Positions 1-8,395 of a stretch of DNA of 20,000 nt are shown here, one piece after another (position 1 is the stretch's first letter; every line of letters begins with the position of its first letter). Source of the DNA: an uncultured virus (IMG/VR IMGVR_UViG_3300044655_000681). Lineage: Duplodnaviria > Heunggongvirae > Uroviricota > Caudoviricetes. The stretch is taken from IMG/VR virus record IMGVR_UViG_3300044655_000681. One strand, written 5' to 3'. The translations under genes and the position numbers were made by a program. Under the pieces are notes generated by a model. The model ran no database searches. It worked only from the letters and a program-made list of their open reading frames with translations, and was not told the origin of the DNA.

Positions 1-1
1 A

Positions 2-271
2 AAATTAGACATCGCCGAATACATTTTGGGTTTATGTCAAGAAGAGTATGAACTACAACGTGTGGCCCAAGAGTTATTACTATATCAAGAACGTGATTTG
101 TTTGATCTACTGCGTTACTTAAAATATCTAGTAGATACCTTGCGCAAAAATAATGTAGTATGGGGAGTAGGACGAGGATCAAGTGTAGCAAGTTATGTAC
201 TATTCTTGTTAGGAGTACATAAAATTAACAGTATATATTATGATTTATCTGTGGAAGAATTCCTCAAATAA
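2..271 (+). CDS. DNA polymerase III alpha (DnaE)-like fragment, 5'-truncated by the window
   Basis: Frame is open from position 2 (KLDIAEYILGLCQ...). Contains the family C polymerase motif WGVGRGSSVASYVLFLLGVHKINSIYYDL..EEFL and stops at TAA 269-271, before the PDID catalytic motif. Confidence 0.85.
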   Translation, partial: KLDIAEYILGLCQEEYELQRVAQELLLYQERDLFDLLRYLKYLVDTLRKNNVVWGVGRGSSVASYVLFLLGVHKINSIYYDLSVEEFLK

Positions 272-274
272 ATA
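269..274 (+). promoter_or_regulatory. TAAATA late-promoter-like element
   Basis: Core of the T4 late promoter TATAAATA, upstream of SD AGGAG (285-289) and ATG 297. Overlaps the preceding stop codon. Confidence 0.5.
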
Positions 275-296
275 CGCATATAATAGGAGAAACAAA

Positions 297-761
297 ATGT
301 CAAATATCTATAGAACTGCTGGTGGGAAACAGATTAATATGGATTCGTTGCGTATAGCAAATGAAAGTGTTATTGCTGTAGGTAATATGAGAACAAATGC
401 TCGCGGTGACCAATTAGGCCCCGGTGGCAATGTAGTTAAATCTAGAACACAATTATTACAAGATTATCATAAACTTAATACCCCAGTTATTAATCATTCA
501 CCGTTGGAAGAAGATTCTGCGCCTGCTAACGATATCAAGGCAGCTATGGCTAATACTAGAAAATTAAAAACCCCCACAATCGGTGCTGCTCCCAATCCGG
601 TGATCGAAGAAGAAGAAGTATCAGAACCGGGGTATGTAAAACCTCGTGGCAGTTTTGCTGAAGCAGTAGCAGGCCAAACTGAAGTTAGTACTGAATTATT
701 AGATCCAAAACCATTGAATGGTAGTTTGGGCAGTCAAGCGCAAGGCGTACAACGCATTTAA
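297..761 (+). CDS. hypothetical phage protein
   Basis: Start moved to ATG 297 because SD AGGAGA lies at 285-290. N-terminus MSNIYRTAGGKQINMDSL, low-complexity C-terminus. Confidence 0.75.
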   Translation: MSNIYRTAGGKQINMDSLRIANESVIAVGNMRTNARGDQLGPGGNVVKSRTQLLQDYHKLNTPVINHSPLEEDSAPANDIKAAMANTRKLKTPTIGAAPNPVIEEEEVSEPGYVKPRGSFAEAVAGQTEVSTELLDPKPLNGSLGSQAQGVQRI

Positions 762-770
762 AGGATAGAT

Positions 771-1127
771 ATGGCTAGTGTATTTGAACCAGATAGAGTT
801 AAAAAAATTAGAGCATTACAAGATCACGTTATTGTAACTGATATGAATTTTGATCAAAAGATCAGCTACGGTGGCATTATTATACCTAACACTGACGGTA
901 AGTTAGAGGGTATCCATCCTAGATGGGGTCGTGTGTATGCTATCGGTAACCGGCAACGTGATATTCGTGTAGGACAATATGTCCTGGTTAAACACGGTCG
1001 TTGGACTCGGGGCGTTGACATTATCGACGATGATGGTGAAAAAACTATACGTCGAGTTGATCAAAATGACATCTTAATGATCAGTGATGAACCGGTACAA
1101 GATGAAACTATCGGAAGAGGCTTATAG
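771..1127 (+). CDS. groES: GroES/Cpn10 co-chaperonin
   Basis: IRALQDHVIV, GGIIIP, GRVYAIG, IRVGQYVLV and DILM match the Cpn10 pattern. SD AAGGA upstream. Confidence 0.85.
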   Translation: MASVFEPDRVKKIRALQDHVIVTDMNFDQKISYGGIIIPNTDGKLEGIHPRWGRVYAIGNRQRDIRVGQYVLVKHGRWTRGVDIIDDDGEKTIRRVDQNDILMISDEPVQDETIGRGL

Positions 1128-1129
1128 TA

Positions 1130-1158
1130 TTGACAATTAGATTTTTTTATGTTAATAT
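1130..1158 (+). promoter_or_regulatory. sigma70-type (early) promoter
   Basis: TTGACA 1130-1135, 17-bp spacer, TGn extension and TAATAT 1153-1158, in an intergenic gap upstream of the clamp loader operon. Confidence 0.7.
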
Positions 1159-1186
1159 ATAACTTATTAAAAATAAAGGAACTAGT

Positions 1187-1351
1187 GTGAATAACTTAGA
1201 TCAAGTAGTGATTGACCAACACAATCTGGCACGTCAGGTTGAAGAAGTATTCGGGCAGTGTAAACTCAGCATAGAAATGCGTAGAATTGCTGATACACTT
1301 TCGACTCTTAAAAGTCCACTTAAACAATCAACAGCTAAAGGCGATCAATGA
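1187..1351 (+). CDS. small hypothetical protein (54 aa), not in the ORF track
   Basis: SD AAAGGA, GTG start, MNNLDQVVIDQHNLARQVEEVFGQCKLSIEMRRIADTLSTLKSPLKQSTAKGDQ. Its TGA overlaps the next ATG (ATGA). Confidence 0.7.
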   Translation: MNNLDQVVIDQHNLARQVEEVFGQCKLSIEMRRIADTLSTLKSPLKQSTAKGDQ

Positions 1352-2268
1352 AACAATTATGGGTAGAACAATACCGTCCCAACGATGTGGATGGTTATGT
1401 GTTTCGCGATGAAGCACAACGAACACAGGTTAAACAATGGATTAAAGAAGGTAGTATTCCGCACTTACTGTTCTCAGGAGCAGCAGGTATTGGTAAAACT
1501 ACCCTAGCTAAGATCCTTATCAATCAATTGGGCATCGACGAATATGATCTATTAGAACTAAATGCGTCTCGTGAGAATAACGTAGACACAGTTCGTGATC
1601 GTATTACTAACTTCGTACAAACTATGCCTTTTGGTAAATTTAAGGTTGTATTATTAGACGAAGCTGATTATCTAAGTCCAAATGCGCAGGCAGCTTTACG
1701 TGGAGTTATGGAAAGCTATAGTGAAACAGCACGTTTTATCTTAACCTGTAACTATCCACACAAAATTATCCCAGCACTACATAGTCGTTGTCAAGGCTTT
1801 CACATTGAGAAAGTTGACCATACTGAGTTTACAGCACGTGCGGCAACTGTGTTAGTAACAGAAGGTGTGGACTTTGACTTAGATACCTTAGATAGTTTTG
1901 TAACTACTACCTATCCAGACCTGCGTAAGTGTTTAAACCTGCTACAAATGAACAGTGTTGATGGTAAGTTAAAACCACCAATTGGCAGTAGCGCAGGCTC
2001 GGCAGATTACAAATTAGCAATGGTTGATTTATTCAAACACGGTAAAATTCGAGAAGCCCGCAAGCTATTATGTGAACAGGCTCGCCCAGAAGAAATGGAA
2101 GAAATTATCTCATGGGCATATAATAACTTACAACTCTGGAGCAACAACGAAGAAGGGCAAGACGAAGCAATTCTTACTATACGAAAGGCAGCAGTTAATG
2201 CTTCTTTTGTGGCAGATCAAGAAATAAACCTTGCCGCTATGATGGTAGAACTCTCACAAATTAAATAA
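1348..2268 (+). CDS. clamp loader ATPase subunit (RFC small subunit / T4 gp44-like)
   Basis: LWVEQYRP, Walker A GAAGIGKT, ELNAS, Walker B LLDEAD, AQAALR and the SRC arginine finger. Confidence 0.92.
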   Translation: MKQLWVEQYRPNDVDGYVFRDEAQRTQVKQWIKEGSIPHLLFSGAAGIGKTTLAKILINQLGIDEYDLLELNASRENNVDTVRDRITNFVQTMPFGKFKVVLLDEADYLSPNAQAALRGVMESYSETARFILTCNYPHKIIPALHSRCQGFHIEKVDHTEFTARAATVLVTEGVDFDLDTLDSFVTTTYPDLRKCLNLLQMNSVDGKLKPPIGSSAGSADYKLAMVDLFKHGKIREARKLLCEQARPEEMEEIISWAYNNLQLWSNNEEGQDEAILTIRKAAVNASFVADQEINLAAMMVELSQIK

Positions 2269-2285
2269 GCAACGTAACCAGAATG

Positions 2286-2293
2286 TATAAATA
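2286..2293 (+). promoter_or_regulatory. T4-type late promoter TATAAATA
   Basis: Exact TATAAATA in an intergenic gap, followed by SD AAGGAG and ATG 2313. Confidence 0.65.
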
Positions 2294-2312
2294 ACATTAT
2301 AAGGAGATTATA

Positions 2313-2939
2313 ATGACATTATGCGCATTTGGGTGTGGTAGCAAAGCAAAATTTATTCAAAAGAATGGCAAGGAAATATGTGAAGTTAAGGCAAGTAAAT
2401 GCCCTGCGCTAAGAGCAAAAAATATAAGTAATACTGGCAGAAGATTCTCTGCAGAGCATAAAGAAAAACTTAGTAAATCAAATAAAGAAACAAAATCTAA
2501 ACAAACCATTGTAGCATGGAATAAAGGAATAACAAAAGAAATTCATTCTGGGATGATGGCAGTTTCAGAAGCACAAAAGCGTATAGCAATAGAGCAAATT
2601 ACTAAAATTATCTCATCAACTGATCCGATATACAATAACTTCAGAAAATACAGAAGTAGAATAGTAACTAGATCAAATTATAATTATAAATTGAATAAAC
2701 AGTTACTAAACCCAGAAAATAAAAAAATTGGGAGGTTTGGGGATAATGTTTATCATTTAGATCATCTCTACCCTGTGGCAGAAGGTTTTAGATATAGTGT
2801 ACCAATCGAACTAATGTCGGCTGTTGAGAATTTACAAATTTTACCATATAAAGAAAATATTTCAAAAAGTAATAAATTGATCAATGATACTCCGGTGTCG
2901 ATAAAACAATACTTAAAGGAACAACAAATTGGCAAATAA
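2313..2939 (+). CDS. free-standing HNH-type homing endonuclease with NUMOD3-like DNA-binding motif
   Basis: N-terminal CxxGCG..C..C, NUMOD3-like GRRFSAEHKEKLSKS, AWNKG, and C-terminal YHLDHLYP...NLQILPYKENISKSN. More AT- and Lys-rich than its neighbours. Confidence 0.7.
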   Translation: MTLCAFGCGSKAKFIQKNGKEICEVKASKCPALRAKNISNTGRRFSAEHKEKLSKSNKETKSKQTIVAWNKGITKEIHSGMMAVSEAQKRIAIEQITKIISSTDPIYNNFRKYRSRIVTRSNYNYKLNKQLLNPENKKIGRFGDNVYHLDHLYPVAEGFRYSVPIELMSAVENLQILPYKENISKSNKLINDTPVSIKQYLKEQQIGK

Positions 2940-3228
2940 AAGCATTTATCTAATAGCAAAATACGCAGGTGTTCCAAAAGATCCAACACAAACTAGTAAA
3001 CCAGGATACATGAAAAATCCTGAGAATATTCATTATGATGAACAAGTATACATTGCTCGTGGCCTAAGGCAAAAAGACCTTCAAAACCAAGTAATTTTGA
3101 ACCTAACTGAAGAGAAAATCATTAAAAACATCTTCAATCCTGGCAAATCTTTTGAAGAAATCTTTACTCACTACTATGACAGCTATGCTGACTATATTGA
3201 CGATTGTGTTAATCAACTAAATTCTTAG
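2929..3228 (+). CDS. hypothetical protein
   Basis: TTG start with SD AAGGA inside the endonuclease 3' end; 99 aa ORF. Confidence 0.7.
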   Translation: MANKSIYLIAKYAGVPKDPTQTSKPGYMKNPENIHYDEQVYIARGLRQKDLQNQVILNLTEEKIIKNIFNPGKSFEEIFTHYYDSYADYIDDCVNQLNS

Positions 3229-4261
3229 TTAGAGAATTATTGATTAATGGTTGCTCTTTAACGCCACAGTGACTATTACAACGCAATAGTCTTCCATCTT
3301 TATAACTAGTCTTAGCCCAAGAGTCTTCTACCTTACTAAACCACTCCATACATTCACGTAAAGGGTGGTTTAACGCATTTATTTTTTGATCTGCTATCAA
3401 TACTTTTACCTGCTCATTACCCCAAGAAGTTGCGGGCCCGTAAGTACTAGAATACATACCTAAATAACAACACGGGCTTATATCACCGTTAGAAGACACA
3501 TAAATTGATCCTTCATTTATAATCTGACAGACTATTTTTTCGTGTACAGGTTCTTGATAGTTTGGACCTGGGAAATTAACAATAACATCTTCTAATTCTT
3601 TATGATATGTTTTATATTTTCCTACGTCTCTAGTACCAATATCATGTGAATAGTCACCATTACGATCGTATACAGTGCCTTGATTCCTACTATGATCAAC
3701 TAGTTCAAACTCAGCGAATCCCAAATCTACCGACATTTGCCTACATGCGTCAATCTGATGTTGATTATGATCAAATTTAATCATTTTCCATCTAGCACAA
3801 CCACCTGCGGCTATATATGTTTTTGCATTGTCTATTACTCGTTGCCAATCAGTGTCTATTCGATACAGATGATGTGTATCTGCTAGACCATCTAGACAAA
3901 AGTGAATTTCTATATTCTTAGTTGCTCCTAATTGATGCCAGAAGTCTTTAGTCCTGGCACTACCGTTGGTGCTTATAAATACTTTTAATTTTGTATTGTT
4001 TGTTTGGAAATATTTGATAATTTCTAGAGCATCTGACGCTAGCATAAAATCACCAAAATTACCATTTAGGTAGATATCTCGCAATCGACTTACAAAACTA
4101 ACGTCAAACATAGTTTTAATATTATCAAGAGAAAGAGAAGTTACTGGGTAACCTAAATTCATCGGGTACCCATGAAAGTTTCTAGGGCACAGAGGGCACC
4201 TAGCATTACAATTTGAAGAGAGCTCTAAATGTAGAGCCCTCACGTCCTCATATTTAATCAT
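3209..4261 (-). CDS. radical SAM protein with C-terminal SPASM/Twitch-like domain
   Basis: CNARCPLC (CxxxCxxC), GNFGD, STNG, FCLDG, and C-terminal C...GDISPCC...C..HC. Confidence 0.9.
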   Translation of the reverse strand: MIKYEDVRALHLELSSNCNARCPLCPRNFHGYPMNLGYPVTSLSLDNIKTMFDVSFVSRLRDIYLNGNFGDFMLASDALEIIKYFQTNNTKLKVFISTNGSARTKDFWHQLGATKNIEIHFCLDGLADTHHLYRIDTDWQRVIDNAKTYIAAGGCARWKMIKFDHNQHQIDACRQMSVDLGFAEFELVDHSRNQGTVYDRNGDYSHDIGTRDVGKYKTYHKELEDVIVNFPGPNYQEPVHEKIVCQIINEGSIYVSSNGDISPCCYLGMYSSTYGPATSWGNEQVKVLIADQKINALNHPLRECMEWFSKVEDSWAKTSYKDGRLLRCNSHCGVKEQPLINNSLTKNLVD

Positions 4262-4266
4262 GCAAT

Positions 4267-4272
4267 TATTTA
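4267..4272 (-). promoter_or_regulatory. TAAATA late-promoter-like element, leaderless arrangement
   Basis: Minus strand reads TAAATA-attgc-ATG with no SD. Sits inside the inverted repeat ATGCAAT/ATTGCAT (4260-4278). Confidence 0.55.
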
Positions 4273-4277
4273 TTGCA

Positions 4278-5021
4278 TTAAATTTCCTTGTAAATTTTTA
4301 ACACCTCCGCAACCGCCGGATGGCGCATAATGTCTCTACTCGCAAATTCTACACCGGCTACGTACTTACTGTGTTGGTACTGTTCAACAAGACCCTTAAA
4401 GTCTAGTAGACCGTTGTCAAGTTCTTTACGGTCAGCCTGACGTGTATCACCTGTTACCACTATTTTGGATCCATCACCGAGTCGCGTTAGGAGCATCTTC
4501 ATCTGTCCAGGAGTGGCGTTTTGCATTTCATCTGCTACTATCCAACTATCCTTAAAAGTGCGACCTCTCATATATGCCAGTGGAGCTATCTCTATTTGTT
4601 GTTCTTCTAGCATACGGGTAATTTCTTTTGGACTCCAGTACTCTGCCATAACATCAAACAGAGGTCTAGTCCACGGTTCCATCTTAGCGTTAATATCACC
4701 TGGTAGGAAACCATGCTTCTCATCATCCACCCCTACCGCTGGACGAGTTAGTACAATCTTCTTCACCTCCCCTTCTTTATAGGCTTTAATACCGGCTAAC
4801 ACGGCTAACATGGTTTTACCCGTACCGGCTGGACCTGTGGCAAAAACAATGCTTTTGTCTTCGTTGGTCAATAAACTAATATATTCTTCTTGATTTATAC
4901 TTTTAGGAATCAGTTGGACTGATTTACGTTGCTGGACATAATTATTAAAACTTAATACGTTCTTATCTTCTGTTGCGAATGCTACTGCGTTGTTACTGCG
5001 TGATCTGCGATGTCTTGACAA
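4278..5021 (-). CDS. phoH: PhoH-family ATPase
   Basis: GPAGTGKT, LTRPAV, GFLPG, PLAYMRGRTF, DEMQN, LTRLG, GDTRQAD, RHP. Start reassigned to TTG at 5021, 6 nt after SD AAGGAG (5033-5028). Confidence 0.93.
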   Translation of the reverse strand: MSRHRRSRSNNAVAFATEDKNVLSFNNYVQQRKSVQLIPKSINQEEYISLLTNEDKSIVFATGPAGTGKTMLAVLAGIKAYKEGEVKKIVLTRPAVGVDDEKHGFLPGDINAKMEPWTRPLFDVMAEYWSPKEITRMLEEQQIEIAPLAYMRGRTFKDSWIVADEMQNATPGQMKMLLTRLGDGSKIVVTGDTRQADRKELDNGLLDFKGLVEQYQHSKYVAGVEFASRDIMRHPAVAEVLKIYKEI

Positions 5022-5071
5022 TTGAAGCTCCTTTGAAGTGTTGTACCGATTAAAGGCATCATGTACACAGA

Positions 5072-5077
5072 TATTTA
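5072..5077 (-). promoter_or_regulatory. TAAATA late-promoter-like element upstream of phoH
   Basis: TATTTA on the plus strand in the intergenic region, about 50 nt upstream of the phoH start. Confidence 0.45.
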
Positions 5078-5138
5078 AGAGCAATTTTTTGGAGGAAAGT
5101 GAGTAGTTATATTTTTAAGATCTAGACTAAGTATTAAG

Positions 5139-5654
5139 CTACCTATGCCACTCAGCATAGATTCTATTTCCAGTATCCCATCTAGCAACGGCCAACCTAA
5201 AACCAAACTGTTCTGCAAATTCGGCTTGTTTAGCAATAGTCCACGGATAAAAGTCTATAAGTTTACACTGGTCATTGTTATGATCTGCTAGTCCCGGATT
5301 ACAACGCCAGTAGATGCGTGCTTTAGGTTTAAGGGCCCTAACTACTATGTTAATTTGATTTAGTATCGTAGCTTCATTGCCGAAGTTAATACTTCCTAAA
5401 CAAAAGGCTACATCGTAACGCTTAACTGGATTAAAATCTTCTACAGCTATTTTATAATCAGCACTTTCGTTAGCAGGATCTATACCAATTAGATCCGGTA
5501 TTCGTAATTTAAATTCATTAAATCCACAACCAACGTCAATTACCTGCTCACCGGATTTAATTTTATCCACTAAGCTCCACCCCGAATAAGTGTATTGGTC
5601 TAAGTTAGATTGCCAAACTGTTGAAAAATAATTATTAAGGTCTTCTTGTCGCAT
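5139..5654 (-). CDS. class I SAM-dependent methyltransferase
   Basis: Motif I VIDVGCG, IGID, YDVAFCLGSINF, LKPKARI. Confidence 0.8.
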   Translation of the reverse strand: MRQEDLNNYFSTVWQSNLDQYTYSGWSLVDKIKSGEQVIDVGCGFNEFKLRIPDLIGIDPANESADYKIAVEDFNPVKRYDVAFCLGSINFGNEATILNQINIVVRALKPKARIYWRCNPGLADHNNDQCKLIDFYPWTIAKQAEFAEQFGFRLAVARWDTGNRIYAEWHR

Positions 5655-5669
5655 ATAATTAATTATATG
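5652..5669. promoter_or_regulatory. perfect 18-bp palindrome CATATAATTAATTATATG carrying both divergent start codons
   Basis: Self-complementary. CAT 5652-5654 is the methyltransferase start and ATG 5667-5669 is the next gene start. Each strand reads TAATTA-N5-ATG. Confidence 0.65.
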
Positions 5670-6233
5670 ACATTACCAAACCACATATTTTTCACAGGTG
5701 TTCCGGGAAGCCGGTGGAGTGGGATTGCACAAGTATTAGAAACAATACCTGGTATGAATACCAGTGACCGTACACCCGAACGTAACTACACCCACCATAC
5801 CTATACAGGACACGTGGGGGCATATTTTGGTCGTGGTATGGAGCTTGACGCTATTCCTGAAGCTAGTTATGTAGATCAAGCATGGGCAGAACTAGGTGGG
5901 TGTAAGTTAGTTAAAAGTCATGATTGGGCATATAAATTAAATGAACTGCCCGGTTGGATCATGCTAGTGTATCGTCCGGACATGAGCAGTTATGCTTGGT
6001 GGCACGAAGCCGGTGGATTTCAAATCAAATATCCCTGTTATGATGCCTACAAGGATAGTGTGGGTATGTTGAGTGAAATTACAGCACAGAATAAAGCCAT
6101 CTTAGAGTTTGGTATGATAAATAACTGTAAGTGGGAGTATTTCACATCCGGGTGGATTAAAGAAAACTTCAACGCAGACATTAATGTAACTAACATCTGG
6201 CCAGATATACTAGTTACATTGATTAAAAAATAA
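5667..6233 (+). CDS. P-loop / sulfotransferase-like protein
   Basis: N-terminal IFFTGVPGSRWS resembles a PAPS-binding loop; LVKSH and MLVYRP follow the sulfotransferase-fold pattern. ATG 5667 preferred over TTG 5646. Confidence 0.5.
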   Translation: MTLPNHIFFTGVPGSRWSGIAQVLETIPGMNTSDRTPERNYTHHTYTGHVGAYFGRGMELDAIPEASYVDQAWAELGGCKLVKSHDWAYKLNELPGWIMLVYRPDMSSYAWWHEAGGFQIKYPCYDAYKDSVGMLSEITAQNKAILEFGMINNCKWEYFTSGWIKENFNADINVTNIWPDILVTLIKK

Positions 6234-6252
6234 CGTTATTATAGGAAATAAA

Positions 6253-6942
6253 ATGAACTCAAAACAATTTGTTGCTAAACTAGCACAAGATAATGAAGCA
6301 CTATTTCGAGCAAGTGAAATGAACGTTGAAGCATACTTTGCTAGTAACCCTAGCCAAGAAGCACTAGTAGAACACTTTACTGGTCGTATGGTTAACGAAC
6401 GTATGAACATGGTTGAAATCTCAGCTAAAGTAGCTAGCGCACCTGCTGATACATCAGTGGAAGACCTAGCATTATTAAGTAAACAAGCATTAGATGAAGC
6501 CAACCATTTCCGTATGGTTAAAGAAGTAATTGAACACATCACAGGCGAGAAAGTTGATGTTGAAGCGGCTATTGCAGCTGAAGCAGCTAAACCAACTGCT
6601 AAAGGTGCTGCGCTATTAGCTAAGTACGAAGCACAAAACGATCCATTGGCACTTGCGGCTTATCAATTCATTGCTGAAGGTCGTGCAGAACGTGTATGGA
6701 ACAAAATGGCTGAATGTATTCAAGACGAATTCATTAGCACAACATACGCTAAGATTGCTAAAGATGAAGGCTTCCACAGCAACATCGGCCGTCGTAGTTT
6801 AGAGTTGTTGGCTACAGATGCTGATACACAAGCACGCATTGAGCAAATTGCTCGCACAATGCGTATGGACTTGTTCGCTGTATCATGTATGAATACAACA
6901 GCAACGTCAGAAGCTGTAAAATTAATGAACAGTGCTTACTAA
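6253..6942 (+). CDS. ferritin-like diiron carboxylate protein
   Basis: All-helical. Ligand pattern E (NERMN), DEANH, E (AEGRA), DEGFH, i.e. two ExxH motifs. SD AGGA upstream. Confidence 0.8.
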   Translation: MNSKQFVAKLAQDNEALFRASEMNVEAYFASNPSQEALVEHFTGRMVNERMNMVEISAKVASAPADTSVEDLALLSKQALDEANHFRMVKEVIEHITGEKVDVEAAIAAEAAKPTAKGAALLAKYEAQNDPLALAAYQFIAEGRAERVWNKMAECIQDEFISTTYAKIAKDEGFHSNIGRRSLELLATDADTQARIEQIARTMRMDLFAVSCMNTTATSEAVKLMNSAY

Positions 6943-6969
6943 GCATAATTAATTATATAAGTTTCAAAC

Positions 6970-6993
6970 AAAAGGGACTTAGGTCCCTTTTTT
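6970..6993 (+). terminator. intrinsic terminator
   Basis: Stem-loop AAAAGGGAC-TTAG-GTCCCTTTT running into a T tract, just after the ferritin-like gene. Confidence 0.8.
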
Positions 6994-7009
6994 AATGACC
7001 AGGATTTCA

Positions 7010-7240
7010 ATGAAAGATTATACAAAGATAGTCAAATGGTTTTCAGCAACAATGATCTTATGTGCTATGCCTTTACATATTTTAGGTATCACTCCCTGGA
7101 ACAGTATCTTACAAATCATCGGTGCTTTCGGTTGGGTTTATGTAGGATTTAAATGGAATGAAAAAAGTTTAATTACCAACTTCTTGCCGCAGATCTTTAT
7201 GATCATTGCTGGATTAATTTACTTTGCCTATTACAAATGA
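7010..7240 (+). CDS. small membrane protein (about 3 TM segments)
   Basis: Hydrophobic throughout. SD AGGA at 7001-7004 favours ATG 7010. ATGA overlap with the next gene. Confidence 0.7.
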   Translation: MKDYTKIVKWFSATMILCAMPLHILGITPWNSILQIIGAFGWVYVGFKWNEKSLITNFLPQIFMIIAGLIYFAYYK

Positions 7241-7773
7241 AAATAGCAATTACCCAACGACAAACAGTAATCAACGGAATCACGTACGACTGCCTTGAAC
7301 AAGGTTGGTACCGTTTATTCTTCGAGCATGAATTAATTATTGTACCAAATTTAGTTCATATAGACTTAGATGTAGATATGCTAGTCTTGTCGGGTGGAAA
7401 TCATACAGAAGCACGCCGCAAAACAGAACTTTGGTGTTGTGAACAAGCAGACAGAACTGGTATTCCTATCTTAGGTGTCTGTCATGGGGCATTCTTTTTA
7501 AACTATGCGTTGGGTGGAATAAATGCGGAAATACACGGCCATCGTAACATTGAACATACCGTCACTATGGAAGGTGAAGAACACACAGTAAACAGCTATC
7601 ATGAACAGTGTATATACGAATTAGGAAAAAATTTAAAACCAGTAGCGTGGACTGACAGTCACACAGAAGCATTCAAACACGTAAACAAACCTATATGGGG
7701 ATTGGTATGGCATCCGGAACGCATGGATGATCCAGTATTGCCCAGTGATTTGAGGAAATTAATTAATGGCTAA
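7237..7773 (+). CDS. class I glutamine amidotransferase / peptidase C26 (gamma-glutamyl hydrolase-like)
   Basis: LSGG, nucleophile motif LGVCHG, VNSYH and catalytic WHPE. Confidence 0.88.
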   Translation: MKIAITQRQTVINGITYDCLEQGWYRLFFEHELIIVPNLVHIDLDVDMLVLSGGNHTEARRKTELWCCEQADRTGIPILGVCHGAFFLNYALGGINAEIHGHRNIEHTVTMEGEEHTVNSYHEQCIYELGKNLKPVAWTDSHTEAFKHVNKPIWGLVWHPERMDDPVLPSDLRKLING

Positions 7774-8395
7774 GAAGATGTTAATATTGACTGGTCCGCA
7801 AGGGGCCGGTAATCATCTATGGAGTAAAATCTTTAGTCTACATCCGGAAGTCTACGGGTGGAAAACTCTATTAGACAACTATTGGGAAGCACATCGTTTC
7901 GCAGAACCGTTTGCCGAATACTGGCGCAATCCTGAGTTACTAAAAGAATTTGATTGGTCGCAAAGTGATTACTATTTTACCAGTATCAGCGTACCATTGG
8001 GTATAGGTGATGCTAAATGGTCACCTGATATAGAAATGTTTGTTAGGAACTTAATGCGTGTCGGCATACATCCCGAGTTAGTAGTGTGTGGCAGAGATCA
8101 AAATATTCTACACCAACAACAGACTAGGCTACGAGGTGAAAATACAATTCCATTATTAATGTCAGCATTGGAATATACCTTTATAGCTCCAAAATTTATT
8201 AGTTATGAGTTATTACAACTATATAAACAACAATACATCAAAACATTAAATTTTAATATACCTGTTGCTTGGGATGATCTTAGGATTAACGAATTTTTAG
8301 CAGAAGACAGTAACGCAAAATACGTTAAGTATGTAGAAGAATATTTTTTAGACGAATGTAATCGTACTGGAACAGTACTAAAACAAAAACCATGA
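7766..8395 (+). CDS. P-loop / sulfotransferase-like protein (paralog A)
   Basis: ILTGPQGAGNHLWSKIFSLHP; clearly homologous to the next ORF. Confidence 0.55.
   Translation: MAKKMLILTGPQGAGNHLWSKIFSLHPEVYGWKTLLDNYWEAHRFAEPFAEYWRNPELLKEFDWSQSDYYFTSISVPLGIGDAKWSPDIEMFVRNLMRVGIHPELVVCGRDQNILHQQQTRLRGENTIPLLMSALEYTFIAPKFISYELLQLYKQQYIKTLNFNIPVAWDDLRINEFLAEDSNAKYVKYVEEYFLDECNRTGTVLKQKP

Noticed and set aside
272..296. Intron or intein continuing the DnaE fragment
   Set aside because: Only 25 nt separate it from the next gene, and there is no intein start or second DnaE part in the window.
3974..3981. Exact TATAAATA on the plus strand inside the radical SAM gene
   Set aside because: Antisense within coding sequence with no downstream plus-strand gene; plausibly chance in AT-rich DNA.
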